The notes under the pieces were generated by a model that saw only the letters and a list, made by a program, of their open reading frames with translations, did not search any database and had not been told where the DNA came from. Positions 37,238 to 46,496 of a DNA stretch of 64,000 bases are shown here, one piece after another. The number at the start of each line of letters is the position of its first letter. Positions within the stretch are counted from its first letter, which is position 1. This stretch comes from Pseudomonadota bacterium (GTDB lineage Bacteria; Bdellovibrionota_B; Oligoflexia; Oligoflexales; CAIMVM01), in assembly GCA_037142195.1 (NCBI GenBank), contig JBAXBA010000007.1, forward strand, positions 10,232 to 74,231, in the 5' to 3' direction. A program made the position numbers and the translations under genes.

Positions 37238-38683
37238 TCAAAGCGTTTTCAGGAGCTCTCGGTGCGCCTGAATGCCTTGACGAAAACGTTCGACCCATAG
37301 TTTTTCCCCCAAGAGAATATCTTCTCCAGCCCACTGAATAGAATGGGGGATGTCTTGACGCGCGAGTGCCCAAACGCCGAGGACTGTGCAACTTCGTCCA
37401 TTTCCGTCGCCAAAAGGATGAATTGTAATACATCGCCTAACCATTCGCGCTATCGCGGCTATTTTGTCATTTTCGTTCTTGGCAGCAGCTAGCTCGCTAG
37501 TAAATTGAACGTTCATTTTTTCCAACATTGCCGATACTTGGATTCCAGATGGATAGTAGATGAATTTTCCGGTAACCATTTTTCCGTAGGCATTTTTAAA
37601 AGGGGTCGTGATTTCGTGAACACTCAGATAGCCGTCATTTGCGAGGTCATTGGCGGCACCGAGCTGCTGGGGGGTCAAAGGTACTGAGTGCATCACTTCG
37701 TGACCGCTTCCCCGAAATTCGCCACTGATGTTACTGACGAGTTTTTTGTTGATCGTACGGAGTATTGCAAGAAGAGGATATTTCTTTTCGTCGCGAATCG
37801 GATCCAACAAATGAGTTCCTCTAGGCATCGGCGCGAGGCCTCCTCGGGCGGGAGATGAGTAGGCTGAAGTGACGGCAGACCCTAACCTTTCGAATGAGTC
37901 ATCCCCATATTTAAAAATGTCACCAGATATGAAACTTTCTTTACCCATTCCTAAGGGTGAAACAGCCCTCAAGAGCCACTGCTTGTATTTGCTTGCGTTG
38001 CTAGAAAAGACTCCACCAGCGACTTGGCTATAGTCTGCTGAGATAGCAATTTTTTGCAGGAGGGCGGCCCTATGAGTCTCATCTACCGATTTCGTGAATT
38101 GGGCGGCCAACGGTAGCGAAGCTAATACGTTCTCAGATGTCAGGCCAGATGGGCGAGGTCGTGGGGAAGCTCTAATTATCAAATACGTTGGGCGGAGGTC
38201 ATTTTTGCCCATGACGACGAGTCTTCTCGGCGCGCCAGCCGTTTCTGGCAGAAGCCTTTTCCCAACTTTGGCAACGGCTTTAATAAGCTTTGCGATCTGC
38301 TGCGGACTTGTCAGCCCTATGGCTACGCTTTCACTGCCGTTAGAAGTGTTGTTGGGCACCAACGCAGATGCTTGTTCTCCTAGCTCAGGAGAGCAGGGCT
38401 CCACTTCGAGAGCGCTGATCCATTCTCCTAGTTCTGAGTCACTTATGCTAGTTTCGCCATTCCATTCGCCAGAAACTTCATTCTTTAAGCAAACCAAATC
38501 GGGAAGTTGATCATAGTTATCGAAGTACCCGACATCATTTGAAGAGATACTTTCCGTTTGTGACGGGTCTAGGTTTGAGTGAGATGCTTTGCATGAAAGC
38601 CCAAAGAATATGGTCGCTAATAGCGTGAAGCTCAGCGTTGATGAAAAAAAATGTATGCGAAATTTTGAGAAGACAGGGTTCAA
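37238..38683 (-). CDS. Exported (probable lipoprotein) Fic-domain protein
   Basis: Hydrophobic N-terminus ending GLSC; C-terminal HPFGDGNGRSCT. Confidence 0.75.
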   Translation of the reverse strand: MNPVFSKFRIHFFSSTLSFTLLATIFFGLSCKASHSNLDPSQTESISSNDVGYFDNYDQLPDLVCLKNEVSGEWNGETSISDSELGEWISALEVEPCSPELGEQASALVPNNTSNGSESVAIGLTSPQQIAKLIKAVAKVGKRLLPETAGAPRRLVVMGKNDLRPTYLIIRASPRPRPSGLTSENVLASLPLAAQFTKSVDETHRAALLQKIAISADYSQVAGGVFSSNASKYKQWLLRAVSPLGMGKESFISGDIFKYGDDSFERLGSAVTSAYSSPARGGLAPMPRGTHLLDPIRDEKKYPLLAILRTINKKLVSNISGEFRGSGHEVMHSVPLTPQQLGAANDLANDGYLSVHEITTPFKNAYGKMVTGKFIYYPSGIQVSAMLEKMNVQFTSELAAAKNENDKIAAIARMVRRCITIHPFGDGNGRSCTVLGVWALARQDIPHSIQWAGEDILLGEKLWVERFRQGIQAHRELLKTL

Positions 38684-39063
38684 GAGATCTCCAATTTTCT
38701 GTATTCTGACTAGATTGAGCTCCGATAAGCTTTAGAATCCATCATCACACAAAATAAGCCCCAGCAAATAGGCAAAATAGGCTTCTTTTGCCAAGGTAGC
38801 ATTCCTTCGCCCACAATGAGCCTCATGGGAAGGTTTCTGTGGTCTTCCTTTTTAATCATAAGGGTTTTAGCTAGTTGAAAAATTCAAAATCATCATTTGC
38901 TACAGACGGCCTTGTAAAATCCTGGAGTGCTTAAAATTCCTTAGAGAATTTCACCTTTGTCCTTAATTATATAGAGTTGGCCTTATGTCCCCTTTACAAA
39001 AAAGCTTTTGTGGGTAAAAAGTTTCCCAGTTGGACATCAAAGGTAGTGTATTTACAATAGTAG

Positions 39064-40656
39064 TTGCAGATCAAATTGGTACTGTGCCATTTTGACGGCT
39101 GGCATCGTGTCGAGATGCCATGCTATACCTCAGGTAAGAGGGAACGGCGTCTCAAACTCACGAGGAATAACAAAATCATAGATAGCAAATTATTTCGAGT
39201 AACGCTTATGTATCTCATGGGAACAGCAGGATGTGGCGTGGACGGCTTGGATCATACTTCTTCAATTTCTGGAATCGGCCTTAACTCACGCTTGAGTCGA
39301 GATCGCGTTGGAGTCAATACTCATCGCCCCATGGGTGACGATGCTCGGTTCCTCTTCGGCAAAGCAAAAGAATTGGGATTGGGCTGGGTTCGCATTGATG
39401 TAAGCTGGGACGATATTGAAATTGCAAAAGGGCAATACAACTGGAATCGCTCTGATGAGCCCATCAAAGAAGCAGCTTCTCGGGGCTTAAAAATTCTTGC
39501 AAATTTACATGGGACACCTAAGTGGGCCAATAATGGAAACGATTCAGTCGTCATTCCTAATCGTACTGAGGATTGGGAAGACTTTTGTGACAAGGCATCC
39601 CGGCGCTACGACGGCGCTTCCGAGGGACTCCCGCGAATCGAGGTGTTTGGCATATGGAATGAGCCGGACGGGAGTGGGCTTAAAGAGAAGCCCAACGATT
39701 CAGGGCATAGCAATCCTCAAGTCTATGTGGATCGGATTCTAAAGCCCTGCGCAAATGCTATTCGTCTAGCGCGTCCTGACGCTAAAACTGCTGGACCAGA
39801 ATTAGCTTCGGAAACAGATTACCTAAAAAAAATAGTTGCATCTGCGGGTCAAAGTCTAGATATCATCACGATACATAAATACAGTGAAGACCCCAATCGC
39901 GTCATGTCTCACATGGACAGTGTTCGTTCTATTGTGGAAGGTTCATCTTCTACCAAAGGGAAAGCAATCTGGCTAACAGAAACAGGATGGTCGAAACCAT
40001 CTAAGTCTAAATGCTGGTTTCCAGTTGTTGACGACAAAACTCAAGCTGCAAAATCAAGATCTCTGCTTAGCCTTATCGAAAGCAAGGGTTGGATTCAAAA
40101 AGTCTTTTTCTATGAACTTCGTGATGACGACGGAGAAGGCGCATGCCAATGGGGAATGTTGCGCAGCAATGGGAGTGAAAAACCTTGGTTTGGGGAACTG
40201 AAAAGCTATTTGCAAAAACAACCATCCCCGGATCCCGGCCCAGATCATCCTCCTTCGAAAGTCCCCAACGGTTCGTATCGCTCCACTTGCCGAAATGAGC
40301 GCATCGCAGATGGCGCCCTATTAGCGGATTGCAAAGACAAGAGAGGCAAATACATCTCTTCCAAGTTAGCTCCCTATCAGCCATGTTCAGACATTCGAAA
40401 CGATAACGGCAGACTGGTTTGCGTTCCAGTGGGAGAGATACCTTCCTCGCAGCCGCTTCCTCCAATTCCCGACAATCATGAAGGAAGTCCGCCATGGGGG
40501 TCGTATCGAAATTCCTGCCATAACGAAGAAATTCGCAATGGAGTCTTGTATGAAAAATGCCAAAATCGGGAAGGGAGTTGGAACGATACCCAGTTGGAAT
40601 CCTATGGGCAATGCAGGGACATTCTCAATGACAATGGCAATCTCAAATGCAACTGA
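39064..40656 (+). CDS. Clan GH-A glycoside hydrolase (GH5/GH39-like) with two C-terminal CVNH-like lectin repeats; start uncertain
   Basis: WVRID..W, IWNEPD acid/base, IWLTETGW nucleophile; two GSY..[ST]C.N...C....G......L...C.DI.NDNG.L.C repeats. Confidence 0.78.
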   Translation: MQIKLVLCHFDGWHRVEMPCYTSGKRERRLKLTRNNKIIDSKLFRVTLMYLMGTAGCGVDGLDHTSSISGIGLNSRLSRDRVGVNTHRPMGDDARFLFGKAKELGLGWVRIDVSWDDIEIAKGQYNWNRSDEPIKEAASRGLKILANLHGTPKWANNGNDSVVIPNRTEDWEDFCDKASRRYDGASEGLPRIEVFGIWNEPDGSGLKEKPNDSGHSNPQVYVDRILKPCANAIRLARPDAKTAGPELASETDYLKKIVASAGQSLDIITIHKYSEDPNRVMSHMDSVRSIVEGSSSTKGKAIWLTETGWSKPSKSKCWFPVVDDKTQAAKSRSLLSLIESKGWIQKVFFYELRDDDGEGACQWGMLRSNGSEKPWFGELKSYLQKQPSPDPGPDHPPSKVPNGSYRSTCRNERIADGALLADCKDKRGKYISSKLAPYQPCSDIRNDNGRLVCVPVGEIPSSQPLPPIPDNHEGSPPWGSYRNSCHNEEIRNGVLYEKCQNREGSWNDTQLESYGQCRDILNDNGNLKCN

Positions 40657-40751
40657 TGCGATTGGAATCTTGGCAATTTAAATTGTAAATTTTAGTTACT
40701 ATCATAATTAGGAAAAGAATTTGAGCCACTTCTGGAAGGGGTCATAGGAAG

Positions 40752-41581
40752 CTATAAGTTTTTTTTCACCCATGAAGCCAGGTGGTTATCCGCCTTTTCA
40801 TCAATGCGTACAAAAATGCTTTGCATGATGCCTGGGTGAAAACTGCTCGCCACACCCCAGATCGTCAATTCATTGCCGATTTTAAACCATAACGGCCACC
40901 CGAATCCCCAGGGCAGAGAGCGGGGCCAGTAACTTGAACATCACCCATCATGGACTTTGAATTTGATTTTATATAGAGAAATTTTCCTATTTCCATTTGT
41001 GGAAATGTTCCCTCTCCTGCAATTGTAGCTGAAACAGTGGTCATTTCTGAAGCTCGTTCGCCTTGCATCAATTGTCCTTCGGAGACAAACATTTCTGTAC
41101 ACCCATATCCGGAAATGGCGAAAGTTTGCAATCCAGGATTTTGACCCCCAAAAACTTTAGCAATAGGAACAGCAGGAGTCTGGTCAGCTATTTTTATCAC
41201 AGCCACATCTAACGTCTCATGACGAGCTACCGCGATGATTCGCGTAGAAAGGGTCCAAGGTGAGTGATGTGGAATTTTTTGGGCAATGGTAATCTTTCCT
41301 CCTACTTTCCATTCTCCATTAACCACACAATGCCTTGCGGTTACAAATGAGTTAGTAGAAAGTTTAGTTCCAGTACAAGCACCTTCAAAAGACTGCACAA
41401 AATCTGCACTAGATGGCGGATTATCATTAGTTTTCTGTCCCAGTAACACAGCTGCTGCATGTCCAGATTCCGCTTTAGCCCCTACCCCGACAGCAAATGG
41501 AGTCGACTCTATAGGGCCTGAACCTGGTCGGCAGCCGCACAAGAGGAGGCAAACTAAAAAAAGTCTATTCATTGTAGTCAT
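40752..41581 (-). pseudogene. Trypsin-like (S1) serine protease lipoprotein, frameshifted just after GDSGG
   Basis: Lipobox LCGC, CTGT, TARHC, DVAVI, CPGDSGG; adding one C near 40893 restores GDSGGPLWFK...WVKKNL* ending 40752. Confidence 0.75.
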
Positions 41582-41800
41582 ATTTTAAAGCACTCCTTAA
41601 TGTTTCGAAATATTCAATCATTGCAGCAACTCAAGATAAACAAGAATTCTTTAGATGGCAAGGTAGTGGATTCAAATCTACTAAACTACTTCCTTGCAGG
41701 TAGAACTAATAGTTAATGGGTTGAGCAAGCATGAAAAATCGATATTTTGAAGACAATGAAAAACAGATAACATAAGTTGATCCTTTTGTTTTAGCCGCAT

Positions 41801-43849
41801 TCAAGTTGCAACTTCTTTCATAGCCTCTAAGATCAGCCGAATTAAGTGTTCTTTTGCCATCGGCTTTGGAACAAACGCCTGTGCCCCTGATTGATAGGCT
41901 TTCTTTGAGTCCATTTCTGAAATTCGGTTGGAATGTATGCACAGAAAACTCTTTTTTGGATTCAATGCCCGATACTTTCTAACAATTTCATATCCATCAG
42001 AGCTCTTTAGGCCAAGGTCAATATCAGTAATAACAAGATCATAGTTACTTGTTGCTAACTCTTTGTCTGCCTCTGTTGAATCAGAAACTTCTTTGACTTC
42101 GATCATTTGACTTACGGCACTGCCGAGGTTATCAATGAGATGATTTATGGATGTTCTATATAGGGACTCATCGTCAATCAAAAGAATCTTAATGGGTTTA
42201 TCTCTCTTTAAGAATAGATCAGTTAGTTTTATTAAATCTTCTGAGCTACTTAATGACGGCTTAATCGTCTCCTGATTCACAGAAAGTCCAGCCATTTTGT
42301 CGCAGTACCACTTAGAATTTTGTGGGAGCGATACTTCTTTCTCCGTGGCGGATTCAGCGAGTGGCAATGTCAGAGTAAATTTCACTCCCACGTTGGGGAT
42401 AGAACTACATGAAATGTCACCACCATGGGCACGAACGATTTTCCGAGTAATTGCTAACCCTAGTCCTGTTCCGCTGTCCTTCCCTTTTGTAAAGAAAGCC
42501 TCAAAAATGTGCGGCAGATCTTCTTCAGAAATGGAAGATCCAGCATTAAAGAACTCAATTTGAGCATGGGATTGATTCAAATCAGATTTCAAATCATGAT
42601 GACTTTGAGTTAGCTCATGGCCCGTAATGAGTATTTTTCCTTTCCAATGCATGGCGTCTGCAGCGTTTGAAATCAAATTAGTGAAAACGCGAATGACTTT
42701 GAAGGCATCTACATTTAAAAGTCTTTTCAGCGAGATTTGATATTCAAGATCAATATCTGAATTAACACCATGTGAAAAAACTTGGTTTAAGCTTTGATCT
42801 AGCAGAGAACCAAAGTCTACCAGACTTTTGGTGAGTTTTGTATCGGCTCCGACCTCCATAACCTCAGAAAGCATTACATTCACGGTAGCCATGGCTCGAT
42901 CAATGTCAGGGCCTAGCCGATTCAGTAAAGTTTGTGACGCCTCAAAACTCTTTGCTGATCGTAGTAATTTGATCATGATTTGCATCATAGAAAATGGTTT
43001 TCTTATGTCATGAGCAAGCATTTGTGTGGTTTTTGAAATTGCTTCGTAGACTTTGAATTTTTCTTGAAGAAGTATATTCGATTGCAATACGGAAGCGGCG
43101 GCCTCAAGTTCGATGAGTTCATAGTAATTTTCAAAATATCTTCTTTTTTTATGAATAAAAATACGTGAGTGTGACTTGCTTCCAGAGGCTACGAGCTTCA
43201 TCTGGTTTGTAAGGTCACTAATGGGATAAATAGCTGCGCCAATTATCGAGTATATGAAAAATCCGACCAGAAAAGCAATTGAGAGGGATCCTATAATAGA
43301 GTATTTCTGAATTAGAGCCAACATTTGGTGTGCATTTTTAAAATACACGCCTAGAGAAATGTATCCGCAAATTCTTTTTTGATTTTCACATTTAATCTCT
43401 TTTTTAACCAGAATAATCTCTGAGGGAATAGGCTCGCCTTTCAATTCAATTTTTTCGAACTGCGGTTTGATTCTATTTGTATAATTGGCCTTTCTAGCAA
43501 TTACTGGCAGATCTTCCCATGGTAGCTTTACTTGGCCAATTTCTGGAGAGTCTAGGCCTTTTGTTCCTAGAACTATTGCGCCATCTGGGTCTGTAATATA
43601 GGAGTAGAGTATATTTGGCGATGTTCCAATTAGCTTTTGTCGTTCCTCAAGGTGTAGCCAATTGTTTACTTCATAAAAATAGCTCAGGATGCTAGTAGAC
43701 TTATCCATGCCTTCCATTAAGTCTGTTAGAAGCGTTTCTCTTTGCATTATGAATGCGATTTGACTTATTCCCATGAATAAGCTGACTGTCAGTAAGAAGG
43801 CTACGCCGCCTGAGGCAAGAGCTGTTTTATAGGAGAGCCGCGAACCCAT
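41801..43849 (-). CDS. Hybrid sensor histidine kinase/response regulator
   Basis: Two TM helices, LAHDIRKP, NLISNA, GTGLGL, C-terminal receiver (LIDDE, TDIDL, KP). Confidence 0.92.
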   Translation of the reverse strand: MGSRLSYKTALASGGVAFLLTVSLFMGISQIAFIMQRETLLTDLMEGMDKSTSILSYFYEVNNWLHLEERQKLIGTSPNILYSYITDPDGAIVLGTKGLDSPEIGQVKLPWEDLPVIARKANYTNRIKPQFEKIELKGEPIPSEIILVKKEIKCENQKRICGYISLGVYFKNAHQMLALIQKYSIIGSLSIAFLVGFFIYSIIGAAIYPISDLTNQMKLVASGSKSHSRIFIHKKRRYFENYYELIELEAAASVLQSNILLQEKFKVYEAISKTTQMLAHDIRKPFSMMQIMIKLLRSAKSFEASQTLLNRLGPDIDRAMATVNVMLSEVMEVGADTKLTKSLVDFGSLLDQSLNQVFSHGVNSDIDLEYQISLKRLLNVDAFKVIRVFTNLISNAADAMHWKGKILITGHELTQSHHDLKSDLNQSHAQIEFFNAGSSISEEDLPHIFEAFFTKGKDSGTGLGLAITRKIVRAHGGDISCSSIPNVGVKFTLTLPLAESATEKEVSLPQNSKWYCDKMAGLSVNQETIKPSLSSSEDLIKLTDLFLKRDKPIKILLIDDESLYRTSINHLIDNLGSAVSQMIEVKEVSDSTEADKELATSNYDLVITDIDLGLKSSDGYEIVRKYRALNPKKSFLCIHSNRISEMDSKKAYQSGAQAFVPKPMAKEHLIRLILEAMKEVAT

Positions 43850-44688
43850 TAATTAGCCTTTAAAGTAATATTGTCGGCAAAAAAAAGACAAGATTTTAGA
43901 TCGTTTTCTTGACATATTTGGATGGGGCCACCCAAGTGTCGAGGGATAGACTCTTTTCTGCCAAAAATCATATAATAGTCAGGCACTTCTGAAGGCAAAA
44001 GAGTCTTTGTTTCGAAAATGGTTTCAATGGAAAGTCCCTTTCCAGAAACATTTATTAATTCTTTCAAGCGTACCTTTGAAAGGTCCATGCGAAATTCGTC
44101 GCGGTCATTTAGGTGTTTGCCTGGTGGATGAGCAATTAAAACAAGTGAAGCATTAGTTTTACTTTTAATTTCTGAGAGGTTGATTGTCTTTTGCGTGTTT
44201 TCATAGCTAAAAGTCACCAAGGGCTTAGTTGGCCCAATGTGAATTGATTTAATATTCCAAACCCAAACTGCAGAGGTGGTGGAGAACTTTGAGGCAGAGG
44301 GGAAAATTGTATGTATTCCCCCCTTTTTTTCAGAGATTTTTTGTTCGTTAAGAATATATGCAAATATTGGTGTTCCACTTTTAAAATCGGAAAATTTAAA
44401 TTCAGCGAGATATTTATCTGCTCCTATAATTGTAACTTCGTCGGAATCATTGGGGCGGATTTTTGCAGTTTTTAATATTTCCTGTAGATTTACTCCAGAC
44501 CATTTTTGGGGTGGTTGATTTGCATAGACATCGTCGGGATGTTTGGTCTCTATGTGCTCAGTCGTTAGTTTTGAAAGGTCGATATCCTGATATAGCATTT
44601 TTTTATTTTTAAAGTGGCTTACCGTTAGTGATTGCCCGAAAGAGTAGACAGATGAAACAGATACCAGGAGAAAAAGTGCGAATTTCAT
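43849..44688 (-). CDS. Periplasmic protein with a molybdopterin-oxidoreductase-like domain
   Basis: Signal peptide MKFALFLL; WSGVNL.EIL, GADKY, PIFAY.LN, W.IKSI pattern; TAATG overlap with the kinase. Confidence 0.55.
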   Translation of the reverse strand: MKFALFLLVSVSSVYSFGQSLTVSHFKNKKMLYQDIDLSKLTTEHIETKHPDDVYANQPPQKWSGVNLQEILKTAKIRPNDSDEVTIIGADKYLAEFKFSDFKSGTPIFAYILNEQKISEKKGGIHTIFPSASKFSTTSAVWVWNIKSIHIGPTKPLVTFSYENTQKTINLSEIKSKTNASLVLIAHPPGKHLNDRDEFRMDLSKVRLKELINVSGKGLSIETIFETKTLLPSEVPDYYMIFGRKESIPRHLGGPIQICQENDLKSCLFFADNITLKAN

Positions 44689-45323
44689 ATGACGTATTCC
44701 TAATGGAAGTTTGAACTTATAAAAAAAGAGTAAATGCATTGAGCAGATCCTGCTCATTCAACGTCTCTTGCTTTAAGAGTTTTTGTAGATGCTGGGTAGA
44801 TCTATTTGACATTTCAACACAGATGCCTTCTATTACTCCCGACTCTCGAATAATTTAGCCCCAACGAGTTTTTAAAAAAGTTTCCATAGTATGAAGATTG
44901 TGTGTCTTTACAATAGACATAGGAAATAGGTAAATCAAGCATGATTTACATTATGCTCACGTTAATTGCATGCTCCTATCGCTGCGATCGTGTGTGGTTG
45001 AATTCACATTATGAAGTGAAGAATGGCGTTTCAACTAGTGGTGATTTTTTACAAGCTATCTGCCAACCGGGGGACTTTCAATTAGTCAGGTAGAGTAGGA
45101 ACCTAGAAATTCCAGAACAAGCAACTCTATTTCGTAAACGAATGCCCTAGAGTCGATTTTTGAACCCATGAGATTAACGCTCAGGCTGCGCCTCTCAGGG
45201 CTTTCTAGTCCCGTGTTTCAATGACTTCTAATTCTAAAAGTCAGAAGTGTGCCAAAATAGAGAGTAGCCATTTCTTAAGCATAAAGAGCTTAGAATGAAT
45301 CAAATCACCTTCAAGGAATTGTC

Positions 45324-46496
45324 TTAAACAGCCTTTCGTTGGTCTGCCACGGTACGAATGACTCTAACGATCTCCTGAACATCGTCATCTGTAGTGCTAG
45401 CCCCTAGGCTGATGCGTATAGAGTTTGCGGCTTCAAAGTCAGAAAATCCCATTGATTTTAAAACATGACTAGGTTTGGGAGTGCCAGAGCTACAGGCACT
45501 ACCCGTAGAAACTGCAATTCCAGCGGCATCTAGTTTGAGCATAAGGATTTCACCTTGTATGCCAGACATGTGGAAATTTACCGTATTTCTAGTGGAGCAT
45601 GTGGGGTCACCATGTAGGCTGATACCTGATATGGAACTGAGCTCATCCCAAAGTATCTTCCATAGCCGTCCTATGCGTGACAGTGCTTCTGAGTTATCTC
45701 GGAGGTCATCAGATCGCAATCCGAGGGAAAAAATACCGGGCATATTCTCTGTTCCGGCGCGTCGTCCTCGTTCTTGTCCCCCGCCAACGATGATGGTACC
45801 TAAGCGTACGGACTTCTTCAGATAAAGAGCCGCGATTCCCTTCAAAGCGCCCACTTTGTGACCACTTACCACTGCGGAATCAACTCCTGAGGGCCCCATC
45901 CAGCGCATGTCAATTTTGCCAAAAGCTTGAACGGCATCGATATGAATATGGCAAATAGGAGACTTTTTTCTTATCTGGGCGACGATTTCTTGTAAATTTG
46001 AGATGACCCCAGTTTCATTATTTACATAAATCAAAGATACAAGAGAGGTTTTATCTGAAATTAATGGTAGGAGTTGCTTGAGGCAAATTTCACCCGAAGC
46101 AAGTAGTGGTGCGACTTCCAAGTGAACTTGATTCCTTTTCTTCAAGAGCTCACATGTCGCAAAGACCGAGGGATGCTCACCAGCTGAAACTATAAAATGG
46201 CTAACGCTCGCCTTAGAAGCTTCCTGGCAATCAGGAAAAAAATGATGACATGCGATACCTTGCAAAATAAAATTATTAACTTCAGTCGCACCTGACATAA
46301 AAATAATTTCAGATGGTTCTGCAGAAAAATGCCAAGCCACTGATTTTCTTGCGGATTCTAATGCAACTTTTGCCCGTCGACCTTGGTAGTGAATACTCGA
46401 TGGATTTCCATCTTTCTGTAAAATCAATTCAGTAACTTTTGCTAAATGCTCGGGTGTACAGGGAGCCGTTGCATTATAGTCGGCATATATCATCAT
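45324..46496 (-). CDS. iscS: Cysteine desulfurase (IscS/NifS family)
   Basis: YADYNATAP, SGATE, NNETG, DAVQA, SGHK (PLP Lys), STGSACSSG; ATGA overlap with lon. Confidence 0.92.
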   Translation of the reverse strand: MMIYADYNATAPCTPEHLAKVTELILQKDGNPSSIHYQGRRAKVALESARKSVAWHFSAEPSEIIFMSGATEVNNFILQGIACHHFFPDCQEASKASVSHFIVSAGEHPSVFATCELLKKRNQVHLEVAPLLASGEICLKQLLPLISDKTSLVSLIYVNNETGVISNLQEIVAQIRKKSPICHIHIDAVQAFGKIDMRWMGPSGVDSAVVSGHKVGALKGIAALYLKKSVRLGTIIVGGGQERGRRAGTENMPGIFSLGLRSDDLRDNSEALSRIGRLWKILWDELSSISGISLHGDPTCSTRNTVNFHMSGIQGEILMLKLDAAGIAVSTGSACSSGTPKPSHVLKSMGFSDFEAANSIRISLGASTTDDDVQEIVRVIRTVADQRKAV

